Part shown: piece after piece, positions 18,673 through 28,641 of the stretch
How the letters are laid out: the number at the start of each line of letters is the position of its first letter
Numbering within the stretch: the first letter of the stretch is position 1
Virus record (IMG/VR): IMGVR_UViG_3300010338_000575
Length of the DNA: 64,000 bases
Origin: a virus
Taxonomy: Duplodnaviria > Caudoviricetes
Direction: 5' to 3' (one strand)
The notes under the pieces: model-generated
The model's input: only the letters and a program-made list of their open reading frames with translations
Databases searched by the model: none
Told to the model about the DNA's origin: nothing
Translations under genes and position numbers: made by a program

Positions 18673-20127
18673 ATGGGAGATATTAATGAAAATACATTTA
18701 GTGCTTATTTAGGACCTGAATTTCAACAAAAATTAATGTGGCAACTTTTGGTAGAACCTGAATTTGCTGAAAAAACAATACCCAATTTATCGATCGATTA
18801 TTTTGATGATCCTAATTTAAAAAGATTATATATAATTATATTAGAATATTATCGTGATTATCAAAAAGTACCAAATCTTCAAAATAAGAGTATACATCAA
18901 GCAATTAATAAATATAAAACACCAAATAATTTAATAGAAGAGGAAGCATTATTTTCTATAGTTAAAAGAATTGAGTTGTGGAATGAGAGAGTCATTAATA
19001 AACAAATGTTATATGATGGTGATGCGGTACAAAAAACAACTAATCAATTTATAAAACAACAAGAATATAGAAAAGTTGCTGAATATATTTTAGAAAAAGT
19101 TAAAAATGGTGAAATAAAAAATAAGAATATTGTCTTTACCATTGAGGAACGTTTTCAAAAAATATCAAATATTGGTGAAGATAATGATGATTGTGAAGAA
19201 GTTATTGAGGGTATTGATAATGCGTTGAGAAAAGAATTCAGACAACCCATTGCGACTGGTATTGGTGCTATTGATGCACTTACTGGTGGTGGTTTGGGTA
19301 AGGGTGAAATTGGTATTGTTTTATCACCATCAGGTGTTGGTAAAACAACATTTTTAACAATAGTTGCGAATACTGCATATGAAGATGAAAAAAATGTTGC
19401 GCAAATAATTTTTGAAGATACTAAAGATCAGATAAAACGTAAACATTATACGATTTGGGCAAAATCTAAATTAAGTAAATTGGATGAAGATGAAGAGAAT
19501 GAAAGGGTATCTAAAATTGTGCATGAGAAGGCAAAAAAAATGGAAGGTAAGGGTAGATTGATTATAAAAAGATTTAGTCAAGAAAACACAACAATGTTAG
19601 ATATTAGAAATTGGATGATTGCATATCAAAAGAAATATGGATTTAAATTTGATATTTTAGTTTTGGATTATTTGGATTGTGTTGAATCACATAAAAAAAC
19701 ATCTGATAGAAACGATGCTGAACTTTCGGTAATAAAAGCATTCGAAGCATTAGCATCTGATTTTAATATTCCTGCATGGACTGCAATACAAACAAACCGT
19801 TCGGGATTTAATGCTGAGTTTGTTGATGCACAGCAATCTGGTGGTAGTATTAAAAGAATACAAAAAGCCCATTTTTTTATGAGTATTGCAAAAACACAAG
19901 AACAAAAAGAAGCACAATTAGCAAATATTTCGATTTTAAAAGCGAGATTTGCACAAGATGGGCAAAAATTTGTGGATTGTATATTCAATAACGATACTAT
20001 GCAAATTATAATAAACGATCCCAGATACCAATTTTCTAAAGTAAATAAGTCATTAAAACATTATGATGATAATGATATAAAAAAAATAGAAGAAAAGGCG
20101 AATAAATTAAATGAATTGGGTAATTAG
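18673..20127 (+). CDS. Replicative DnaB/gp41-like helicase
   Basis: SPSGVGKT, LDYLD, WTAIQTNR and LKARF motifs. Confidence 0.9.
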   Translation: MGDINENTFSAYLGPEFQQKLMWQLLVEPEFAEKTIPNLSIDYFDDPNLKRLYIIILEYYRDYQKVPNLQNKSIHQAINKYKTPNNLIEEEALFSIVKRIELWNERVINKQMLYDGDAVQKTTNQFIKQQEYRKVAEYILEKVKNGEIKNKNIVFTIEERFQKISNIGEDNDDCEEVIEGIDNALRKEFRQPIATGIGAIDALTGGGLGKGEIGIVLSPSGVGKTTFLTIVANTAYEDEKNVAQIIFEDTKDQIKRKHYTIWAKSKLSKLDEDEENERVSKIVHEKAKKMEGKGRLIIKRFSQENTTMLDIRNWMIAYQKKYGFKFDILVLDYLDCVESHKKTSDRNDAELSVIKAFEALASDFNIPAWTAIQTNRSGFNAEFVDAQQSGGSIKRIQKAHFFMSIAKTQEQKEAQLANISILKARFAQDGQKFVDCIFNNDTMQIIINDPRYQFSKVNKSLKHYDDNDIKKIEEKANKLNELGN

Positions 20128-20160
20128 AATTTAAATTCAAATGAAGGTGTTATTTTTAAT

Positions 20161-20388
20161 GTGTTAGATAATTACAATAACGATGATTTATCGGAAAATT
20201 TTAATACGAATTGTTGTGCTGATACTTCAAATGATAACACAATAATTTCGAATATTGAAAATATTGATAGTGTAACAAATGATTTTAATTTGATTGACCC
20301 AGATGTATCTATGGGTGTTGATAATAATAATATTAATGATTTGTTATCACAATTACGTAAGACGCAAAATGTGAAACGCAAAACGTGA
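20161..20388 (+). CDS. Acidic ORF in frame with the helicase (possible detached C-terminal tail)
   Basis: Frame continues without stop from helicase TAG 20125-20127. Confidence 0.35.
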   Translation: MLDNYNNDDLSENFNTNCCADTSNDNTIISNIENIDSVTNDFNLIDPDVSMGVDNNNINDLLSQLRKTQNVKRKT

Positions 20389-20411
20389 AATATGTCGTGA
20401 GTTATGTTTTT

Positions 20412-20446
20412 AAAATCGATGATTTTTCCAATCATCGATTTTTTTT
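20412..20446 (+). terminator. Intrinsic terminator
   Basis: AAATCGATGATT...AATCATCGATTTTTTTT. Confidence 0.7.
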
Positions 20447-20480
20447 ACAATTAGTATTTATTATTATAAATTAAAATTAT

Positions 20481-22568
20481 TTGATTATGAAAAGAAATGT
20501 TGATGATTTTTATTTAAATCAAATTACTGAGGAATTGTTATTTTTTGAAAACGTTAATCAGACAAAGAATTTTTTGAAATCAAAAAATCTTGATCCGAAT
20601 ACAAATACCACAGGTAAAAATATTTTTGATACTATTACTGGTATTACTAGGGGTGACGGTTATACTTATTTATTAACACGTTTTTATTTAAATGATAATG
20701 TACCAATTAAACGTTTAAAAAATTTACACGATTATATTAAACAAAACAAAACAATTTTAACTAAATTACCTAAACCAATTTTATCTTATGAAACATATGA
20801 AGAACTTTATCAAGATATTATTGATTTTGAAGGTAATAGATTTTTGAAAAAATTAATAAATGAATTGCCACTTAATTTAAGAAAGCAATATGAAACACTT
20901 AACGATGATGAAAAAAATATTATAAAAAATGCTGCTAATGATTATTATAGTAAACTAACAAAAGATCATCGAAGATATTTTATGGATAGTATTAGTGGTT
21001 ATAAAGATATTGGTGTGGTTATTAATAATTTGGTTGGTTATATTCATGCTGTGGTGAGTGGGCAAGATTATTTTTCAATCAAGAAAAAAATTGAAAACAC
21101 ACCAGATACCGAAATAGTATATGATGATTTGAATAAAAAAATATTAATTGCACATATAAAAACTTTTGAATCTTCGACTATATTGGGTTGTACTACGAAG
21201 TGGTGTATTTCTAGAGATAAAGAACATTGGAATAGTTATAGACGTGGTGGTAAAAATATTTTTTTTATATGGGATTTTAATTACACCCCCAATAATGATT
21301 ATTATTTGGTAGGTGTTGCGTATTATAGAAAAAAACCTGAACATTCGGCAACACATGTAAAGGGTAATGATAAGGTTAGTTTAGGTGCGATTCTTAAAAG
21401 TAAGGGGTTAACTTATGATATTTTTGATAACTATATTGATGAATTAATAAAATCTAAATTAAATGTCAATGATATTGATTTGATGGATGCATTAATGAAT
21501 TATGATGATAATCCTGATTTGCTTATTAATGTAATAAGTAATAGTAATATTATTAATAGTTTTAATACGTCAGATGGTGTATCGTATGACGATGATGTTG
21601 TTTATTTGGGATTATCTGACACCGAAATGGCTGATATGTTAGAAATCGATTATGACGGTTTTAATTATATATATACAATTTCAAATGGTCTTTACTATTA
21701 TGAAGTGGATGATGATGAATTAAATTATATGTATAATAGATTAGATAATGATACAATTGCACTGGTGAAGAAATTGTTAAAAAAAATTGGTGTTTCTGAT
21801 GAAATGATTGGTAATATTTCAGAAGAAGGTGTTTTAAAAAACTTATTTGAAAAAATGGGTTGGGGTGAAATGTTTGATGAATATATTTATTATATAAATG
21901 ATGCTATTAATGATGCAATGAGAGAAAAGGCATTAAGAATACTAAATGAAATACCGTTTGATATTTTTAGTGGGAGTTTTATTGTTGGTAATATGATATC
22001 ATACATGGAAAAACATCATATCACTGCTCATAATTTTGATGAGTTGATTGATGAAATTAAAAATAATTTACCAGAAATTTCATATGAAGCGTTAAATGAT
22101 GTAATTTATGATAACAATGTGTTAGATTTAAGATATTTGAATGGTTATGTGTTAGATTTTGTTGGTGATATTATACAAAATAATGAATATTGGTTACAAA
22201 ATAAATTAATTGATATAATAAAAGTACTACATAAATGGGGGTTTGAAGTATTAATTGGGAAAAATTATGCAGTGAAAGAATATAAAAATATGAAGATTAT
22301 TGTTAATGATATTGATGTTGATGAAAATATTAACGATACTATTGTTACTGCAACACTTTATTATAATGAACATTATTATCATAACATATTGGGAAAACCA
22401 AAACCTCAAAACAGAAAAATTAAAGTTCCTTTGAATAAGTTACGTAATTATATACAACAATTAGAAACACCGTTTGATATGAATGAAACAAAATCTAAAT
22501 CAAGAAAAATTATACATGATGTATTATTTGAATTAATAAAAGAAAATTTTCTTTTAAAAAGGGGTTAA
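20481..22568 (+). CDS. Large hypothetical protein
   Basis: 695 aa; S..LGC.TKWCIS block recalled from large-phage proteins; preceded by GTATTTAT at 20454. Confidence 0.55.
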   Translation: MIMKRNVDDFYLNQITEELLFFENVNQTKNFLKSKNLDPNTNTTGKNIFDTITGITRGDGYTYLLTRFYLNDNVPIKRLKNLHDYIKQNKTILTKLPKPILSYETYEELYQDIIDFEGNRFLKKLINELPLNLRKQYETLNDDEKNIIKNAANDYYSKLTKDHRRYFMDSISGYKDIGVVINNLVGYIHAVVSGQDYFSIKKKIENTPDTEIVYDDLNKKILIAHIKTFESSTILGCTTKWCISRDKEHWNSYRRGGKNIFFIWDFNYTPNNDYYLVGVAYYRKKPEHSATHVKGNDKVSLGAILKSKGLTYDIFDNYIDELIKSKLNVNDIDLMDALMNYDDNPDLLINVISNSNIINSFNTSDGVSYDDDVVYLGLSDTEMADMLEIDYDGFNYIYTISNGLYYYEVDDDELNYMYNRLDNDTIALVKKLLKKIGVSDEMIGNISEEGVLKNLFEKMGWGEMFDEYIYYINDAINDAMREKALRILNEIPFDIFSGSFIVGNMISYMEKHHITAHNFDELIDEIKNNLPEISYEALNDVIYDNNVLDLRYLNGYVLDFVGDIIQNNEYWLQNKLIDIIKVLHKWGFEVLIGKNYAVKEYKNMKIIVNDIDVDENINDTIVTATLYYNEHYYHNILGKPKPQNRKIKVPLNKLRNYIQQLETPFDMNETKSKSRKIIHDVLFELIKENFLLKRG

Positions 22569-22647
22569 TTTTTTTATATTAAAAAGTTTTTTTTATTGAT
22601 GTGTAGTATTTATTACATGCAATTAAATAATTGATTTTTGACAATAT

Positions 22648-22718
22648 TGCGGGTTGGAGTAATGGTAACTTACTTGGCTCATAACCAAGATATAAGGGTT
22701 CGAATCCCTTACCCGCTA
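22648..22718 (+). tRNA. tRNA-Met(CAT), initiator-like, CCA not encoded
   Basis: Full cloverleaf: acceptor GCGGGT/ACCCGC with U1:U72 mismatch, A11-U24, anticodon arm CTTGG-CTCATAA-CCAAG, T arm AAGGG-TTCGAAT-CCCTT. Confidence 0.9.
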
Positions 22719-22853
22719 CAAAAATTACATTTTTGGCTGTTAATACCAGTGTTTTTATAAAAACGGGGCGTATTACCTAACATTTGATGGTTAAGAATGG
22801 TTTTTCAGATTAAATTATCTGGTTTTTCAAAAACGTTATTAATGGTATTAAAG

Positions 22854-22895
22854 AAAGTGGAGATGTTACGATAAAAACATTTCCACTTTTTTATT
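22854..22895 (+). terminator. Intrinsic terminator
   Basis: AAAGTGGAGATGTT...AACATTTCCACTTT plus T tract. Confidence 0.75.
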
Positions 22896-23027
22896 TTATT
22901 GTTGATTTTAATTTTATTTGATTGTATTTATATTAAATATAATTCAACCAATTTGGTTGAATTAGTTAATTAACAGGACGGTCATTAACTTACATAATTT
23001 GAATTATATAAAATTTAATTAATTCAT

Positions 23028-24116
23028 ATGACATTTTTTGCTAGACCTAATTTAGATGACGTACAATTTAGACAAGAAACTGGTAGTACATTGACGCTGA
23101 GTGGTAGTACGATTATTAGCAGTTTCAGTGGTTTGTCATTGAGCGATAATTATGGTGATAGAATACCAATTGTTATTTCTGGTCAATCTGAAGGAAAGGT
23201 TATGACATACAAATCAGGTTGTATTGTGCTTTCTGAAATAACAACGACTGCAAATATTACATATAGTGGTGCATCACCAACAACATGTACTGTAGGTGGT
23301 TTAGTATCGGGTACTGATATTAGTGGATGTAATATTAATAAAATTATTGAAATGATGGCATCTCCAGTGGTATCACCAACATTAACGCCACCCTTTGCAA
23401 CGTTATCTTTAAATCCAAACCCAAGTGTTTATGAAGTTGGTAGTAGTATATCTTTTATTGCTACTGGTTGTTATAATATGGGTTCTGTATCACCAGTGTA
23501 TTGTAACGGTCCTTCAACAAGAACTGGATTGCCAACAGAATATAACTTTTTCTATAATGGTGGAGTTCCAATTAAAATTACAACATCTAATTTATGCACA
23601 ACCACATCAATTAATGGTGTTGTTAGTAATGGTAATAATGGGGTTGGTTTATATGTGTGTTATTCTGCTGGTGAATATCCAAAAAGAAGTAATGGGGATA
23701 CTGTTGGTATGACATGTTGTCCTGCGGGTGTTTCAAGTACAGTATGTGTTAATTTTGTTGGCACTTATCCATATTTTTGGGGAAGTAGTGATACAAAACC
23801 AGTTATTAATCAAATATTAATTAATAGTGCAAATAAATGTGTAGGAATTAGTAGCGGTAATGTTATTGTTAGTAATTATGATGTGGTTGGAAAATATATT
23901 TGGTTTGCAATTCCAAGTGAAAGTGCGACAAAAACGAAATGGCAAGGATCGAATTCACCAACTAATTGTGGTACAATACCCGGTGATTTATTTGATTCTG
24001 AAGTTGTATGTGCAATAAATTCACCAAATAATTGTTGGTCTAATGTTAGTTATAAATTTTATGTAAGTAATTATCCAACAAGTATTAATTATCAAATGAC
24101 TTTTAAAAATAGTTAG
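23028..24116 (+). CDS. Virion fibre/decoration protein, Cys/Ser/Thr-rich
   Basis: Shared N-terminal PNL..QF.Q..G..LTLSG module; YPYFWG..YIWFAIP C-terminal domain. Confidence 0.55.
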   Translation: MTFFARPNLDDVQFRQETGSTLTLSGSTIISSFSGLSLSDNYGDRIPIVISGQSEGKVMTYKSGCIVLSEITTTANITYSGASPTTCTVGGLVSGTDISGCNINKIIEMMASPVVSPTLTPPFATLSLNPNPSVYEVGSSISFIATGCYNMGSVSPVYCNGPSTRTGLPTEYNFFYNGGVPIKITTSNLCTTTSINGVVSNGNNGVGLYVCYSAGEYPKRSNGDTVGMTCCPAGVSSTVCVNFVGTYPYFWGSSDTKPVINQILINSANKCVGISSGNVIVSNYDVVGKYIWFAIPSESATKTKWQGSNSPTNCGTIPGDLFDSEVVCAINSPNNCWSNVSYKFYVSNYPTSINYQMTFKNS

Positions 24117-24118
24117 AT

Positions 24119-26383
24119 ATGTCAATACAGTATAATGAGAATATAAAAATTGCTGCACCCGCACCACTTGATAAAAGATATTTAAGTATTAGAAGTGTTA
24201 ATGGTGTTCAAGTACCGTATTCATCAACCACAGAAGTTAATAATACTATAATATTAAGCGAAAGATATATTGGATTAACTGTTAATGTTAATGGTGTTGA
24301 GTATTGGTACAAAGACGGTATTTTAGATAATGATTTAATTGAAAAAAAATACAATACCAAATTTTCAATTGATAATATTATTACTGGTGGTACAAATATT
24401 GGTTATTTTAGCGGGTATAGCGGAATTCAAATATTACCAATAAATCATTTATTAGATGGTAATTATGATGGTAATTATCAATCATTATATAATTATTATT
24501 ACAGAGGTGTTGATGGTAAAATTCATACTGGTGTATCGCCAATAGATGGTATTGGTAGAAGGGGTTATTATAGTCAATCAATTGACAAATCTTGGTTGTG
24601 GAATGAATATACTGGTAGTTCTAATATAAGGGGTTGGATTCTTGTTGATGGCAATATTGAAAATAATATTGGTGTTTTTTTAAATGGTGTTACATATTAT
24701 ACAGGTATTGGATTATCAAAACCATATACAGGTGCAACGTGGCAACAGGGGGTTGCTTATAATAATGGTTCTAATTTAGTAATTAATGCTGTTATTGGTA
24801 GTGTGAATACTGGTACAACGTATATTGTCGGATCACCTGTATATAGTCATACTGACAATAGTTTAATGAACTATAGAACAATTAAATCAAAAACACCAAA
24901 TTATATAAATGTTAGTTACGATGAATCTTTTATATATTTATCTGGTGCAAGTGCTATAATATCTGCACAAAATGTTGGTGTTGGTACTGGTGTTTATAAA
25001 ACTAGAACTGGTGATACAATACAGTTTAAATCATTAAAAGGTAGCGGTGATACGTTTATAACACAATCTGGTGATGATATTATAATATTTTCAAGTTCTG
25101 AAAGTGGTAGTGGTTATGCAATTACTGGTGCAACTAATATTGGTAGTGGTGTTGGTATATACTCAAACGTTGATTATAGAAAATTACAATTAAGAACAAT
25201 AATTGGTTCTGGTAGTACGATAATAAATCAAAGTGGTGATAGTATAATAATTAATTCTATTGGTGGTGGTGTGTTTACTGAAAATATTGTTGTTAGTATT
25301 GCTGATGGAAAAACATTTGGTAAATATGTTAATGGTGATATAATACCTTCAAGTGGTAAAACTGCACAAGAAGTAATTAAGATGGCATTGACGGAAGCGT
25401 TAGAACCTACAGTAAATTTATCATCATCGGGTAATGATGTTGTGTTTGGTAAATCCCAGAAAATTGTAAATCTCTCATTCTCATATACGATAAATACGTT
25501 AAATGCGCATGTTGATACAGTATTACTTGAATGGAGAAGAAACGATACTGGTGATTGGAATGTATTACCAATAACAACTGATATGACACAATATGCACAC
25601 GTAATTAATGAAACTGATAGATTTGATTCAACAATTATTAACTATAGATATACGGTAACAGATAGTGAGGGTGCAACAAAAACTGTTACACATAATGTTA
25701 CACCTGAACAATATGCAGCACCAACAATGTCAATTACATTAAATGGAACAATTACATCACCTGAAACACAAAATGTTAGAGAAAAAGGAAATGTTATTAG
25801 TAGTCCAAGTGGCACAATATCATCAAATAGAGCGTTAGTTAATATTACTGCATGGACGTTAGAAAGAAGATATAATGGTGGTACTTGGCAGATATTATCA
25901 TCGGCAAGTGGTTTAAACGTTCAATCAGTATCTATTCCGCAGTATAACGATAATACTGGAATACCAACGAATGCTACTTCAATTGAATATAGAATTGGGT
26001 ATACTGATGAGTATACAAGTGGTAATGGTGGCAATCAATCAATAACATTTAAATATTTTTCATATTGGGGATTTAATACAAACACAACAATTAATGAAAC
26101 ACAAGTAGAAGCGTTGTCATATAAAAACTTTAAATCGTCAGTTGCGTTAACTTGGAATAATATTAATACTCCAATAGGTAATTATACATATTATGCGTAT
26201 CCAAGTACATATAATGATATTACATCAATTATAAAGAATGGTGTTAATCAGGATTTTGGTGCATGGTCAAAATTATCGAATGTTTCAGTAACTAATTCTT
26301 ATGGTGAAACATTGACATATAAGGTGTATAGAACAAATGCAACTGGTGCGTATGGTGCTACTGATTGTATTTCAATAACATAA
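24119..26383 (+). CDS. Virion fibre/decoration protein
   Basis: PLDKRY N-terminal module; repeated NVG.G.GVY..FKSL.G fibre units; Ig-like C-terminus. Confidence 0.6.
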   Translation: MSIQYNENIKIAAPAPLDKRYLSIRSVNGVQVPYSSTTEVNNTIILSERYIGLTVNVNGVEYWYKDGILDNDLIEKKYNTKFSIDNIITGGTNIGYFSGYSGIQILPINHLLDGNYDGNYQSLYNYYYRGVDGKIHTGVSPIDGIGRRGYYSQSIDKSWLWNEYTGSSNIRGWILVDGNIENNIGVFLNGVTYYTGIGLSKPYTGATWQQGVAYNNGSNLVINAVIGSVNTGTTYIVGSPVYSHTDNSLMNYRTIKSKTPNYINVSYDESFIYLSGASAIISAQNVGVGTGVYKTRTGDTIQFKSLKGSGDTFITQSGDDIIIFSSSESGSGYAITGATNIGSGVGIYSNVDYRKLQLRTIIGSGSTIINQSGDSIIINSIGGGVFTENIVVSIADGKTFGKYVNGDIIPSSGKTAQEVIKMALTEALEPTVNLSSSGNDVVFGKSQKIVNLSFSYTINTLNAHVDTVLLEWRRNDTGDWNVLPITTDMTQYAHVINETDRFDSTIINYRYTVTDSEGATKTVTHNVTPEQYAAPTMSITLNGTITSPETQNVREKGNVISSPSGTISSNRALVNITAWTLERRYNGGTWQILSSASGLNVQSVSIPQYNDNTGIPTNATSIEYRIGYTDEYTSGNGGNQSITFKYFSYWGFNTNTTINETQVEALSYKNFKSSVALTWNNINTPIGNYTYYAYPSTYNDITSIIKNGVNQDFGAWSKLSNVSVTNSYGETLTYKVYRTNATGAYGATDCISIT

Positions 26384-26414
26384 ATTATTATACATAAAAT
26401 AATAATATAGTAAA

Positions 26415-28529
26415 ATGGCATTAAGACAATCTGATATATTAGAACATAATAACCCTAATCTAGCGGTTGCAGATAGTGATTTTGTTAAGGGTGGTTTTAG
26501 ATCACCTGTTAATGATTTAATAGAATTATATGCATTATCGAATAAAGTTGATGAACCCACTGCTGCTGGACAGTTGAAAGAACATGCAACAATAGTATAT
26601 GTGATATCTGAAAATAAATATTATGAATTGGTGGATATTAATAACGTTGGTAATAGTAACGGTTGGAAAGAGTTTTCGTTAGGTGGTGGTGGTAGTATTA
26701 CTGGTGTTACAAATGGTTTACATTTATCAAATTCGGGTAAGGTAATTGCATTAGGTGGTGAATTAACTGGTGATACTTCATTTAGTGGTGGTGTGTTGAA
26801 ATATACAACACATTTAAATTTTACTGGTGATACTGATATTATTGATAAACAATATGTTGATAGTTTAGTATTTGGATTAAGACCCAAACCTGCGGTTGAT
26901 GTTGCTACAACAACATCATTAACATATCCGTTTAGTGGGTTAACTACGATTGATAATATTACTTTAACAACTGATAAAAGGGTTTTAGTTAAAGATCAGA
27001 TTGATAAAACTCAGAATGGTATTTGGATTGTTAAATCGGGATTATGGGTACGTGCTGATGATTTTGATGGTTCACCACAAGGTGAAATTGTGAGTGGTAG
27101 TTATGTGTTTGTTTTAAGTGGTGATACGAACAAAAAATCTTCGTGGATTTTAGATACACCCGATCCAATATATGTGGATGTGACACCACTAAATTTTCTG
27201 TTATTTGATTTAGCACGTGAAGTTAATGAAGGTATTGGTATTAATATTACATCAAATAATGGTGTTAATGTAATATCGGTTGATGGCGAGAATTTAGTTG
27301 GTAATTCGTTAGTTTGGTCTGGTGATACGTTTAATGTTGATGTTAATAGTGGTAGTTTATACACAACATTGAATGGTAAGTTAGATAAAATTACATTTAA
27401 TAATTTTACTGGAACAACATTACCAAATAATTACGTAAGTAAAAATATTTATACTGGATATACTGGTACAACAAATCTTAGAATAAGCAATATTGAAACA
27501 AATTATATAAATGCTGCTAATAATGGATTAACTAAATTAGGAAATACTGTATTGTTTGGTGGTACATTAACTGATAATACTTGTATTAATCTTGATACAA
27601 ATGATTTAATGTTTAGGAATTCATCAAATTTAAATACTGTATTACATTTACATTCTAATAATATCAATAATTGGATTTCATTATCAACTACAGATACTGG
27701 TAATACTAAATGTTCTTATTTAAATATTAATACTAATTGTTTACAATTTGAATATTGTCAAGACACAACTAATCAACAACTAATTAGTTTGTGTGATAAA
27801 ACATATTTTAAATCTAATAATGGTTGGGTTTTTGATACGTTTAATTGTAGTGGACATGGATTGATTAAGTACGCAAATGATTACACTTCATTAATGATAA
27901 ATCCGAGACAAATACCAGATATTGGATATGTGACTGGTATTACCTCTAATAATCTTGTTAACGTATGTAATGGTTTAACTAAGGTTGGAAAAACTGCTAT
28001 ACTTGGTGGTGAAATTACTGGTGATACTTGTATTTATGCGGTTAATGGTGGTAAAAACATTTCAATAGATTTTAAGGATAGTGAAGGTAATTTATATATA
28101 TGTGCAACGGGTGGTGGTAAAGTAAATGTTTCAGTAAATTCTGGTATAACATATACTGCTAATTATTCATCATCGTTCGTTAATCGTTCACTTGTTGATA
28201 AAGAATATGTTGATAATAGAATTGATGTTATTAATACAACAATAATTAATTCAACACCATATTATACCACTAATAATGATAGGTTTATTGGTGTTAGTGG
28301 ATATTCTATTGGTAATAATGCTTATATTTATTTAAATACAAATCCAATCATTGGTCAGAAAATAATAATATCTGATATTCAAGGTCAAGCATTAACAACA
28401 CCAATTTATATTGATGGTAATGGAAAAAATATTAATGGTAATTCAACTGGTATGATTAATACCGATTATGGTTCGGTTACATTAATTTATAACGGTAGTT
28501 TTTGGAGTGCAATTGGTTTTGTTAATTAA
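26415..28529 (+). CDS. Tail/head fibre protein
   Basis: RVLVKDQ..QNGIW..W.RA.DFD domain; NGLTK.G..LGG and SLVDK.YVD repeats. Confidence 0.7.
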   Translation: MALRQSDILEHNNPNLAVADSDFVKGGFRSPVNDLIELYALSNKVDEPTAAGQLKEHATIVYVISENKYYELVDINNVGNSNGWKEFSLGGGGSITGVTNGLHLSNSGKVIALGGELTGDTSFSGGVLKYTTHLNFTGDTDIIDKQYVDSLVFGLRPKPAVDVATTTSLTYPFSGLTTIDNITLTTDKRVLVKDQIDKTQNGIWIVKSGLWVRADDFDGSPQGEIVSGSYVFVLSGDTNKKSSWILDTPDPIYVDVTPLNFLLFDLAREVNEGIGINITSNNGVNVISVDGENLVGNSLVWSGDTFNVDVNSGSLYTTLNGKLDKITFNNFTGTTLPNNYVSKNIYTGYTGTTNLRISNIETNYINAANNGLTKLGNTVLFGGTLTDNTCINLDTNDLMFRNSSNLNTVLHLHSNNINNWISLSTTDTGNTKCSYLNINTNCLQFEYCQDTTNQQLISLCDKTYFKSNNGWVFDTFNCSGHGLIKYANDYTSLMINPRQIPDIGYVTGITSNNLVNVCNGLTKVGKTAILGGEITGDTCIYAVNGGKNISIDFKDSEGNLYICATGGGKVNVSVNSGITYTANYSSSFVNRSLVDKEYVDNRIDVINTTIINSTPYYTTNNDRFIGVSGYSIGNNAYIYLNTNPIIGQKIIISDIQGQALTTPIYIDGNGKNINGNSTGMINTDYGSVTLIYNGSFWSAIGFVN

Positions 28530-28641
28530 TGTTTAATATTAAATAAAAATAATTTTAAACGATATTTAGTGTTACTAATATCTTAAACTATTTATATGTG
28601 ATAATAATAAATAATATAAAAAAATAAAATAGTAGAAAACA

